Shown piece after piece: positions 10,671-19,169 of a stretch of DNA of 64,000 bases. This stretch comes from Promethearchaeota archaeon. Lineage in GTDB: Archaea; Asgardarchaeota; Lokiarchaeia; Sigyniarchaeales; SOKP01. The DNA is taken from NCBI GenBank assembly GCA_048938855.1, contig JBHLLT010000010.1, positions 1 to 64,000 of the forward strand, in the 5' to 3' direction. A model generated the notes under the pieces. That model was not told where the DNA came from, did not search any database, and was given only the letters and a program-made list of their open reading frames with translations. A program made the translations under genes and the position numbers. Each line of letters begins with the position of its first letter. The stretch's first letter is position 1.

Positions 10671-12056
10671 TTGTCTGAAAAAGAAATTGACACCTATCTT
10701 TTTTTAAGCAATGATGACAGAGAGGTAGAACGGTTTGTAGGAATTGAGGCATTTGCCACAAACTATATACCGGGGATAAAAGGAGAGTATAAGAAAAACA
10801 TCAAGGATTTTATTGTTAAAGAAATTGATAAAAATGGAAAAATACTTAACATAAAAGAGGACTATACACTCTCCTCATTCTCAGAAGAATTGAAAGATAA
10901 ATATACAACCTTTAATTTAATAAAAATCAATAAGGATACATTCGAAGCAATAAGAAAAATTAGTAAAACTTTGAAGATTCCTTACAACTACTTTAAATAT
11001 TCAGGATTAAAAGATAAGTTCTCCATTTCAGTTCAACAAATCTCTATAAAGGGTAATTATATTGATCAATTAAAAAAGATAAAAGTAAATGACATTTTTA
11101 TTAGATGTATACATCCAACAAGAAAGCCTATAAAATTGGGGAGTCATCTTGGAAATAATTTTACAATTGTAATAAGAAACTTAGCTTCAAATAAGAAATT
11201 AAGCAATCATGCAGAGAAAATTATAAATTATCTAAATGAATTTGGATTTCCTAATTATTTTGGACTTCAAAGATTTGGCAGTTATAGACCTAATTCGCAC
11301 ATAGTTGGACGATATCTTTTAAAGGGAGATTTCAAAAAGGCTTTTGAAGAATTTGTATCAACAACATATTCAACTGAGTCTATAGAATCAAAAACAGCAA
11401 GACGTGAATTCAGAATTAGTGGTAATCTTGAAAAAGCATACGATGAATTTCCAAAAAATTTGAATTATGAAAGAAATATGATTGAATATCTTATGAATAA
11501 TCCTAAGGATTATGAGGGAAGTATTAATACATTACCGTCTGATCTTATAAAATTATTAATAAGTTCTTTTCAATCCTATATTTTTAACCGAATGGTTTCT
11601 AAAAGAGTAGAAAAAGGTATTCCGTTATTTAGACCAGTAAATGGAGATGTTATCAGCATCTTAGATGATTTTAATGGAAATATTACTCCAGTAAAATATG
11701 TTTATGGTAAATCTTACGATTTGTATTTAAACAAAGCACTGAATCTAAATCGAGCAACCATAATAGTTCCGATTATTGGGATTGATACTAATTTAGACAA
11801 ATATCCGCTAATGAACTCATTATATGAAGATATTGTTAAACAAGAAAACTTCAAAAAGGACATTTTTAGCAATAACATAATTATGGAAAGAGAATTTAAG
11901 GGATCTATTAGAGCGTTAACAGTTAAACCTACAATGTTAAAAGTTTTGAAGTTCACGAATGATGATCTTAATCCTGGAAAGTATAAAATTAAAATAGAAT
12001 TTTCACTTCAAAGAGGGAGTTATGCAACAATGTTAATTAGAGAGCTTATGAAGTAA
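10671..12056 (+). CDS. truD: tRNA pseudouridine(13) synthase TruD/Pus7
   Basis: DFIVKEI, SGLKDK (catalytic Asp), GNNFTI, FPNYFGLQRFG, SFQSYIFN, GSYATMLIRE. Confidence 0.95.
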   Translation: MSEKEIDTYLFLSNDDREVERFVGIEAFATNYIPGIKGEYKKNIKDFIVKEIDKNGKILNIKEDYTLSSFSEELKDKYTTFNLIKINKDTFEAIRKISKTLKIPYNYFKYSGLKDKFSISVQQISIKGNYIDQLKKIKVNDIFIRCIHPTRKPIKLGSHLGNNFTIVIRNLASNKKLSNHAEKIINYLNEFGFPNYFGLQRFGSYRPNSHIVGRYLLKGDFKKAFEEFVSTTYSTESIESKTARREFRISGNLEKAYDEFPKNLNYERNMIEYLMNNPKDYEGSINTLPSDLIKLLISSFQSYIFNRMVSKRVEKGIPLFRPVNGDVISILDDFNGNITPVKYVYGKSYDLYLNKALNLNRATIIVPIIGIDTNLDKYPLMNSLYEDIVKQENFKKDIFSNNIIMEREFKGSIRALTVKPTMLKVLKFTNDDLNPGKYKIKIEFSLQRGSYATMLIRELMK

Positions 12057-13536
12057 TTTTAACCTCAAAATTCCTTATTGTTTCAAACCCAAAAATATCA
12101 AATGTCTTTATTACAATATGATGATTTCCTGGTTCTTTATACTGGTATGAGCTTGATTTTAAGTTTAATTTTCTATTTTTAGGTGTTCTGTAAGATGACC
12201 ACATGATTTTAAAACTACTTCCATTAGGTTCAAAATCTATTGCCCAATAGTCAACCCAATCAGAAAAAATGGTAACATTTTCTTTGATTTGATTTGATAA
12301 TAATTCCATAAAAGGTATATTATAATCTACTAATTCTATCTCAACATTATAAGCATTCTGATGTATTCGCACTTTAAAACTTGGAGGTTCAGTGATATCA
12401 AATTTACTAACTATGTTATTATTTTTTCTTAAAAATGCAACAGGTATTGACTCCATATCCTTTTTTTCTCCATGTGCCAGGATTTTAAACGAACACGGAT
12501 CTTTTTGGTATCTTTTATTCCAATTTAAAATATCATTACTTTCCCGTAGATTTAAAATTCTTTTCTTTGCTAAGTGAATTGCATAGTTGTTTGAGTCACA
12601 TCCAATCCATTTTCTTCCTAATTTTTCTGCTACTGCTAAAGTAGTACCTGATCCACAAAAAAAATCAGCTACCAAATCTTTTTCATTAGTAGAGGCCAAG
12701 ATAATCCTACTCAAGAGACGTTCTGGTTTTTGAGTAGAAAAACCTTGATATTCAGATGTATTTGCTCTAATATAAGGAATGTCATTCCAGAGATCCCTCG
12801 GAAAAATTCCTTCTTTTTCTATGTATACTTTTTGAGATAATTTTTTTCCATTATGACTGCCCCCTCTATAGTAAAATGTTCCTTTATCATCCTTCTTTAA
12901 TGCATTTTTTACTCGAGCAGAAAATTTTTGATATATCTTAGGATTATCATTAAACGTATAATCGTCAGATTTTGAATAGAAAAGAATAGTATCATAAGAC
13001 CTTATAAAAAACCTTCTTGTTTTAACTGAAGCAGCAGGATAAGCCCATATTATTTCATTTCTAAAATTCTCATATCCAAAAATTTCATCCATTATAAGTT
13101 TTATATAATGAGAAATATGCCAATCTAAATGTACATATATAGAACCTCTATAAGCTAATAATTCTTTCATTAAGATTAGCCTTTCATATAAAAAGTCTAT
13201 ATATGCGTCTATTCCTTTATTCCATTTATCCTTATAAGCAATATTATTGATAAAATTTCCACTTTCACCAATTTGGACTTTTAAATTGAAATCATTACCT
13301 GTAGCAAAGGGGGGATCAATATATATTAAAGAGATTTTATTCCTATATTCTTCTAATAAAGCATTTAGGACTAACATATTTTCTCCTAATATGAGCAAGT
13401 TAAACCATTTTTCTTCAGTTTTAAAATCCATTCCAAAATGAGGATAGATATCAAAAGTATGAAGAAAGTCTGTTTGTTGGCTTATTGTTAAATTATTTTT
13501 TTGTTTTTTTTTACCATTCCATTCCAAAATTACCAT
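12046..13536 (-). CDS. Beta-class amino-DNA methyltransferase (type III Mod-like), no cognate restriction gene adjacent
   Basis: LIYIDPPF (motif IV) precedes TQKPE and DFFCGSGTT (motif I). C-terminal DWVDYWAIDF domain. Confidence 0.9.
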   Translation of the reverse strand: MVILEWNGKKKQKNNLTISQQTDFLHTFDIYPHFGMDFKTEEKWFNLLILGENMLVLNALLEEYRNKISLIYIDPPFATGNDFNLKVQIGESGNFINNIAYKDKWNKGIDAYIDFLYERLILMKELLAYRGSIYVHLDWHISHYIKLIMDEIFGYENFRNEIIWAYPAASVKTRRFFIRSYDTILFYSKSDDYTFNDNPKIYQKFSARVKNALKKDDKGTFYYRGGSHNGKKLSQKVYIEKEGIFPRDLWNDIPYIRANTSEYQGFSTQKPERLLSRIILASTNEKDLVADFFCGSGTTLAVAEKLGRKWIGCDSNNYAIHLAKKRILNLRESNDILNWNKRYQKDPCSFKILAHGEKKDMESIPVAFLRKNNNIVSKFDITEPPSFKVRIHQNAYNVEIELVDYNIPFMELLSNQIKENVTIFSDWVDYWAIDFEPNGSSFKIMWSSYRTPKNRKLNLKSSSYQYKEPGNHHIVIKTFDIFGFETIRNFEVKITS

Positions 13537-13630
13537 ATATAAAAGATAGGAATGAAAAAATTTAATTTTTAATTTAACTTTTAAAATTATATTTTTTTTG
13601 AAAATAATTATAAATTGAAGCGAAAATAAG

Positions 13631-14947
13631 TTGGATCAATTAGGAGATTGGAGAAAAACTCATTATACTAAAGATGTAACCAAAGATTTAGCTGGTAAAG
13701 AAGTCATTTTAGGGGGTTGGGTCCGAAATTATAGAAATCTGGGAGGATTAAAATTTATCTCCTTACAGGACAAATATGGGGAGCGTCAAATTACTTTAAA
13801 AAAGGGAGTCGTTTCGGATGAAATTTTTGAGAAGACTAAAGTTAGTTATCAATATTGTATAATGATAAAAGGAACAGTAAAAGTGTTTAAAGAAGCACCA
13901 GGGGGAGTAGAGATCATCCCATCTGAAATCAAAATTTTAAATACAACACCGGAAAAGCTTCCTATAGATATGACAGGTGAAACAGTATCTGAATTAGACC
14001 TTAGGTTAAATCACAGAGCATTAGATCTTAGATCCCTTAAAAATCAAGCAATATTTGAAATTAGAGGTGAATTACTTAGATCTGTTCGGAAATTTTTGTT
14101 TGAAAGAGAATTTACTGAGATAACAACACCTAAAATAATAGCTTCTGCAACTGAGGGAGGTACTGAGTTATTTCCTATTATTTATTTTGAGAAGGAGGCA
14201 TTTCTCACTCAATCTGCACAATTATATAAGGAACAATTGACTGGAGTCTTTGAAAGGGTTTTTGAAATTAGTGACTGTTTCAGAGCTGAAAAGTCTCGCA
14301 CAAAAAGACATATATGTGAAATTTTTACTTTAGATGTGGAAATTTCATTTTCAACTATGGTAGATGTTCTTAAACTGTTAGAAGAAATGGTTCAAAATGC
14401 TATTAAAGATATTAGAGAAAAGCAAATGCCTGCGTTAGAATTTTTAGAAGTAGAAAAACAGACAAATATCCCAGAGATCCCTTTTCCAAGATATAGATAT
14501 GAAGAAATCATTGAGCTAATAAATAATAAATTTGGTTTTGAGATAGAGTTTGGAGAAGATATTTCAACTGAAGCCTACCGAAAATTAGGTGAAGAACTCA
14601 CTGGATATTATTATATTACTCATTGGCCAATGTCTATCAAACCTTTTTATATTATGCCTTCAGAAAATCCTAAATATAGCGAATCTTTTGATCTGCAAAA
14701 AGGAATGCTGGAACTGACATCAGGGGGTAGTAGAGTTCATAATAAAGACCAGTTAACACAAGCTCTTGAAGAAAAAGGACTCAATCCTCTTTCATTTAAG
14801 ACACATCTTAATGCTTTTGAATATGGAATGCCTCCGCACGGAGGATTTGGTCTTGGAATTGATAGGTGGCTCACGATATTATGTGGGTTAGACGATATAC
14901 GAGAAGTAGTAATGTATCCAAGAACTCCTGATCGACTTACACCTTAA
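13631..14947 (+). CDS. aspS: Aspartate--tRNA ligase, archaeal type
   Basis: OB-fold N-terminus, ATEGG, QSAQLYKE, FRAEKS..RH, GMPPHGGFGLGIDR, YPR. Confidence 0.97.
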   Translation: MDQLGDWRKTHYTKDVTKDLAGKEVILGGWVRNYRNLGGLKFISLQDKYGERQITLKKGVVSDEIFEKTKVSYQYCIMIKGTVKVFKEAPGGVEIIPSEIKILNTTPEKLPIDMTGETVSELDLRLNHRALDLRSLKNQAIFEIRGELLRSVRKFLFEREFTEITTPKIIASATEGGTELFPIIYFEKEAFLTQSAQLYKEQLTGVFERVFEISDCFRAEKSRTKRHICEIFTLDVEISFSTMVDVLKLLEEMVQNAIKDIREKQMPALEFLEVEKQTNIPEIPFPRYRYEEIIELINNKFGFEIEFGEDISTEAYRKLGEELTGYYYITHWPMSIKPFYIMPSENPKYSESFDLQKGMLELTSGGSRVHNKDQLTQALEEKGLNPLSFKTHLNAFEYGMPPHGGFGLGIDRWLTILCGLDDIREVVMYPRTPDRLTP

Positions 14948-14982
14948 TTTTAATCTATATAATTAACCCAAATTGAAAAATA

Positions 14983-15900
14983 ATGTCTAATAATTATATT
15001 GAGGATTATATTAAAGCCGGAAAAGGAGTTATTGCAGCTAAAAAATTAGCTAAAAAAATTATCAAACCCGGGCAATTATTTCTAGAGATTGCAAATAAAT
15101 GTGAAGCTGAAATAATAAAAAGTGGATGTGAGTTGTCATTCCCTATAAATATGTCCTTAAATGAAGTTGCAGCTCATTATAGCCCTCCGATTGGTGATCA
15201 AACAAAAATTCCAGAAAAAGGATTACTTAAGATAGATATTGGTGCACATTTTAATGGATATATTGCTGATTCAGCCTTTACAATTAATATCGATGAGGAT
15301 CCAAAGTTACAAAATTATGTTGACGCAGCTAAAGAAGCACTTCAAGCTGCAATTGATATATTTAATCCAGGTGTTAAATTATATGAATTAGGTGAAGTAA
15401 TTGCGGAAAAAATCATTAATCGAGGCTTACGACCAATAACAAACTTAGGAGGTCATGAATTAAAACAATATAATCTCCATGCTGGACCTTTCATTCCAAA
15501 TTATAAAGAAAAAATGCATAATCAAATAATTAAAATTGGAGATGCTTATGCTTGCGAGCCATTTGCTACATCTGGAATTGGAAAAGTAGATAATGGAAAA
15601 AATTGGTTTATACTTCGTTTTCTGAAAAAAGTGAAAAAAAATATGTCTTATGAGCATCTAGCTTATATGGATAAGATTGAACAGAATTTCAAACAGCTAC
15701 CATTTTCCCCTAGATGGATAGAAAATAATCAAATTATACCTTCAAAAAAAATCCAAAGAACTCTTGAACTTTTTATTGGTAAAAGAATATTAGATAAATA
15801 CCATATTTTAATTGAAAAAACTAATGAACCCGTTGCACAAGAAGAACATACTATTGTAATTGATATGGATGGTAAAAAAATTGTCACTACTAAAGAATGA
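14983..15900 (+). CDS. map: Type II methionine aminopeptidase
   Basis: SFPINMSLNEVAAHYSP, KIDIGAHFNGYIADSAFT, NLGGH, EPFATSG, AQEEHT. Confidence 0.97.
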   Translation: MSNNYIEDYIKAGKGVIAAKKLAKKIIKPGQLFLEIANKCEAEIIKSGCELSFPINMSLNEVAAHYSPPIGDQTKIPEKGLLKIDIGAHFNGYIADSAFTINIDEDPKLQNYVDAAKEALQAAIDIFNPGVKLYELGEVIAEKIINRGLRPITNLGGHELKQYNLHAGPFIPNYKEKMHNQIIKIGDAYACEPFATSGIGKVDNGKNWFILRFLKKVKKNMSYEHLAYMDKIEQNFKQLPFSPRWIENNQIIPSKKIQRTLELFIGKRILDKYHILIEKTNEPVAQEEHTIVIDMDGKKIVTTKE

Positions 15901-16732
15901 TTTTAAAAAACAGTTATCTATTGTTATTTTATGTGCTGGAGAGGGGAAAAGACTTAAGCAAATTACTAAAATTTTACCAAAGCCATTAATAAAAATTGAA
16001 AATTTAAATAATATTTCAATTCTACATCATCTTATTAATAATTTAATTAAATTGGAGATTAATAATATTGGAGTAGTTATTGGACATTTAGGAACCTCAA
16101 TACACCAATTTATTTCAACGCTTGAGATAAATGAACCATCAATAAAAGCTAAAATAAATATAATTGATTCAGAGGATCAGTATAAATTAGGTCCATTATA
16201 CTCTCTTTTGTCAATAACAAAAAACAAAAATTTCTTTAAATCAAAAACTCATTATCTAATTCTTCCGGGTGATACAATATTTGGTTACAATTTATTAAAA
16301 GAAGTTTTAGTTAAAGTTTCTGATAGCTTTAACACTATCCAAAACTCACCTTTAGTTTTTTATAGAAAAATTGGATTCAAGAAATTGAAAGAAACATATA
16401 AGCTAAATAGAGTAATCTCTGTTGCTGATATTACAAAATTCGGTTCAGAAACCAAATTAAAAAGAATTTCTCATTTAAAATTAAAGGATATTCCATCAAA
16501 TGATATCATTTATCAATTGATTCCTATAATAATATTAAGCTATGAAAATATTAATGAAATCCACGAGTTAAATCAAAAAGTTCCACTAAATACTATTTGG
16601 AAAGCTTTAAATGAACTTAATTTCGAAGGAAAAAAAATATTTGCTTCTAAAATTGAAAGCAAATCTAATTTTTACGATATAGATTATAAAATTGATTTAA
16701 TGAACCTAAAAAAAAAAAGAAAAGGACAATAG
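15860..16732 (+). CDS. NTP-transferase (sugar-phosphate nucleotidyltransferase-like) protein; true start probably TTG 15881
   Basis: ILCAGEGKRL...LPKPL, PGD and DID motifs. The 3' end overlaps the terminator of the antisense candidate ncRNA. Confidence 0.75.
   Translation: MIWMVKKLSLLKNDFKKQLSIVILCAGEGKRLKQITKILPKPLIKIENLNNISILHHLINNLIKLEINNIGVVIGHLGTSIHQFISTLEINEPSIKAKINIIDSEDQYKLGPLYSLLSITKNKNFFKSKTHYLILPGDTIFGYNLLKEVLVKVSDSFNTIQNSPLVFYRKIGFKKLKETYKLNRVISVADITKFGSETKLKRISHLKLKDIPSNDIIYQLIPIIILSYENINEIHELNQKVPLNTIWKALNELNFEGKKIFASKIESKSNFYDIDYKIDLMNLKKKRKGQ
16708..16718 (-). terminator. Oligo(U)11 terminator of the candidate ncRNA
   Basis: A11 on the plus strand directly after the 3' strand of the closing helix. 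Confidence 0.5.
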
Positions 16733-17168
16733 GTGCTCCGATTATTCTATTGGTTCAAGGGAACTAAAGAATGGTAATCCATTGAAGCAATCACGGAATC
16801 AAAGCTCCTATTCATTTCACTGATTTATTGGTATTATGTTTTGATGTCTCATGTTTCAAAATTTATATCTTATATTCAACAAGAGCTCAAATTTTCTAGT
16901 TTTGTCATATACCAAAATCGTGTATAGTTAAATAATATAAACACCTGCTCCAAAGTGCCGATTAAAAATATGTTAAATATATGTATCGATGTCCTAAGCA
17001 CTAAAGGAACAAATAGACTAATTTTTGAGTGAAGTAAGGTAAATTTGAATCGAGGGATGTGAATCAAAAAAATGTCACAAATAAGAAAATGGTTTATTAG
17101 ATTGTAATCACTTAATCGGTGTAAAAACCGTAATTTTGTATCTAATTCCAATGCAAATTGTCCTTTTC
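16719..17168 (-). ncRNA. Candidate ~450-nt structured ncRNA of unknown family
   Basis: Perfect 12-bp end pairing (16719-16730 with 17157-17168), TATA at -31/-24, U11 tail, and about ten nested helices with most G-U pairs favouring the minus strand. Confidence 0.6.
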
Positions 17169-17191
17169 AACTTAATATATGATTATTTGAG

Positions 17192-17209
17192 TATTTAAAT
17201 CTTCTTATT
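17192..17209 (-). promoter_or_regulatory. BRE/TATA promoter of the candidate ncRNA
   Basis: Minus strand aataagaaga-TTTAAATA (17199-17192), 24 nt upstream of the closing helix at 17168. Confidence 0.55.
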
Positions 17210-17311
17210 AAGAGTTAAAATAGGTTCCATGGTATTTTGGACAAATTAATAACAATTTTTTGTATTTATTTAAAGAAATATAAATATCCGAAATGACATT
17301 ATTTATAAAAC

Positions 17312-17686
17312 ATGAGTATACCAATTAAGATTGAATTATTTGGAATTGGTACTATAGAAGGAAATATAATCCGACATATTGCCCCTCTTACTGCAGATGC
17401 TATAATTAGTAAATTGCCGCTTGTTTTAAGAGGACGATTTAGTTTTGGCTCAAAGAAATATTGGACATTGCCGGGAGTGGAAATATATAAAGGACCTAAT
17501 TCTAAATCCACAGATATTGTAGAAAAAGGAGAAATTCTCTATAATCCAAAAACCGATGAATTATTAATAGCTTTAGAAGATATTGAAATGGCAAACAAAG
17601 TAAATAAAATTGGAAAAGTAGAATCTAACCTTGAAATATTATTAAAAGCAAGAAATGGCTTGAATACAAAAATCATTAGAAAATAA
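17312..17686 (+). CDS. Cyclophilin-like fold protein (DUF369/TM1367-like)
   Basis: APLTADAI..KLP, KGEILYNP..DELLI and VNKIGKV pattern. Confidence 0.7.
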   Translation: MSIPIKIELFGIGTIEGNIIRHIAPLTADAIISKLPLVLRGRFSFGSKKYWTLPGVEIYKGPNSKSTDIVEKGEILYNPKTDELLIALEDIEMANKVNKIGKVESNLEILLKARNGLNTKIIRK

Positions 17687-17693
17687 CAAGATA

Positions 17694-18512
17694 ATGGCTA
17701 TTCCAAAGAAGTTAATGATTGTATTTACAGGATTTTATATTGCTGTAATTATCTATATACTTTTATTTCTATTTGTTCCAAGTTTCCAAGATTTTGTAAT
17801 CAATGCTAGACAAAATTTAACAATCATAACACAAGGTTCAAATTACTTTTGGGCACTATTTATTTCATTTGGGATATGTTTTTTGGGTTCAGCATCCATT
17901 GGATTCCCAATTCCTTTTCCATTTGTTTTGTTTTCACTTTCGAATTCAGTTTATCTTAAATATAATAATCTTGGATTAGAATTGCTGCAAATACTTCAAA
18001 ATGGTTTTTTTTGGCTAGAGATACTAGGATTGGCAATAGTAGGGGGATTAGGAAGCGTTTTAGGAGAATTTACAGGATATGCCGTTGGATATGGCACAAA
18101 AAAAATAGCTGAAGAAAGAAAATCTGATTTAGTTAAAAATGTTGATGGATTTGGAAAATTGGTATTAGAAAATAAAAAACGCACACCAATCTACATATTC
18201 TTGTTTGCACTGACTCCCCTTCCAGATGATATCTTATTCTTACCTCTTGGAATGATAAAATACCCTTTCTGGAAATGCATTATTCCTGGCTGGTTGGGAA
18301 AGAATTTTACGACTTTATTGTATTGTTTTTGGCCTATTTTAGTAGCCCTAGGTGCTCAAGGAATTCAAACTGATGATATTCCAAGCATAATAACAGAAGC
18401 AATATTACTTTTGGTTACAATAACAGTAATGTTTTTTATCATGTCATTTGATTGGTCAAAATACCTAAAGAAAAGGAGTCTTAGAAAGAAGGTACAGACA
18501 ATTACAGAATAA
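17694..18512 (+). CDS. VTT/DedA (SNARE-associated) family membrane protein
   Basis: GGLGSVLGEFTGYAVG, FALTPLPDDILFLPLG..KYPFWK, and multiple TM segments. Confidence 0.85.
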   Translation: MAIPKKLMIVFTGFYIAVIIYILLFLFVPSFQDFVINARQNLTIITQGSNYFWALFISFGICFLGSASIGFPIPFPFVLFSLSNSVYLKYNNLGLELLQILQNGFFWLEILGLAIVGGLGSVLGEFTGYAVGYGTKKIAEERKSDLVKNVDGFGKLVLENKKRTPIYIFLFALTPLPDDILFLPLGMIKYPFWKCIIPGWLGKNFTTLLYCFWPILVALGAQGIQTDDIPSIITEAILLLVTITVMFFIMSFDWSKYLKKRSLRKKVQTITE

Positions 18513-18524
18513 AAAAATCATGCA

Positions 18525-18692
18525 TTATTTACCATTTTCTAAACAATTCTTACAAACGAATACCGTCTTTCTTTTCTTCTCAGAGTTTTCATCATAATAA
18601 ATTCGTTTATAAATGAAATTGTTACACACGTGACATACTTCTCTTAATCGGGTCTCTTCCAATAATGGCCCTAAATGTTCAAAATTTGCCAT
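18525..18692 (-). CDS. 55-aa Zn-ribbon protein (not in ORF track)
   Basis: MANFEHLGPLLEETRLREVCHVCNNFIYKRIYYDENSEKKRKTVFVCKNCLENGK, with CxxC-x23-CxxC. The ATG lies 2 nt after the stop of the Alba-like gene. Confidence 0.75.
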   Translation of the reverse strand: MANFEHLGPLLEETRLREVCHVCNNFIYKRIYYDENSEKKRKTVFVCKNCLENGK

Positions 18693-18694
18693 AT

Positions 18695-19018
18695 TTAAGT
18701 AATTGATTTAGTTTGAAGAGTAATTTCAATATTAGAAACTATTTCTTTCTTTTTGTTAAATTTATTAGTTCTATTCTGGTGTTTGTATGATCTATTATTG
18801 AAGTAAGGACGACTTCCCAGAGACACATTTGAGATTTCTAATCTAGGAAACATACGACTTTTCAAAATTTCAGCTACTTCTACCGCAGTACTGATTTCTT
18901 CTCCTTCACCCTTTATCAATAATGACTTTCTCCCCCCAGAAAATGCAAAAATTGCGTCTTTTATAGACTTGTCTTTATCATTTCTATGTTTTATTATAAT
19001 TGTAGTTTCATTAACCAT
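18695..19018 (-). CDS. Divergent Alba-family nucleic-acid-binding protein
   Basis: LLIKGEGEEISTAVEVAEIL...NVSLGS...VSNIEITL aligns to the Alba pattern (KARGxAISxAVDVAE...VSxIEI). ATG at 19018. Confidence 0.75.
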   Translation of the reverse strand: MVNETTIIIKHRNDKDKSIKDAIFAFSGGRKSLLIKGEGEEISTAVEVAEILKSRMFPRLEISNVSLGSRPYFNNRSYKHQNRTNKFNKKKEIVSNIEITLQTKSIT

Positions 19019-19169
19019 GAATATCAATAACCGTGAAAATTTTATACTTTTATTAAAAAGAAGCTATTTCTTAATAATCGTATTATATATATAAAATTTT
19101 ATTAACGTTTCTAATTTGATTATATCTTTTTATCTTTTTAAAGTTTGATAATTACTTAATATAATAAAA

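Noticed and set aside
16876-17151. 91-aa minus-strand ORF (TTG start) in the ORF track
   Set aside because: No recognisable motif, atypical composition, and it lies wholly inside the paired-end structured element. Treated as probably spurious, though not excluded.
16719-17168. The element as RNase P RNA, SRP RNA, tmRNA, SECIS or a MITE
   Set aside because: No GAGGAAnnUC or CR-V motif, no SRP helix-8 motif, no T-arm/CCA end, and no selenoprotein ORF upstream. No clear target-site duplication and only one copy in the window; the promoter and terminator fit favour an RNA gene. An Rfam search is still needed.
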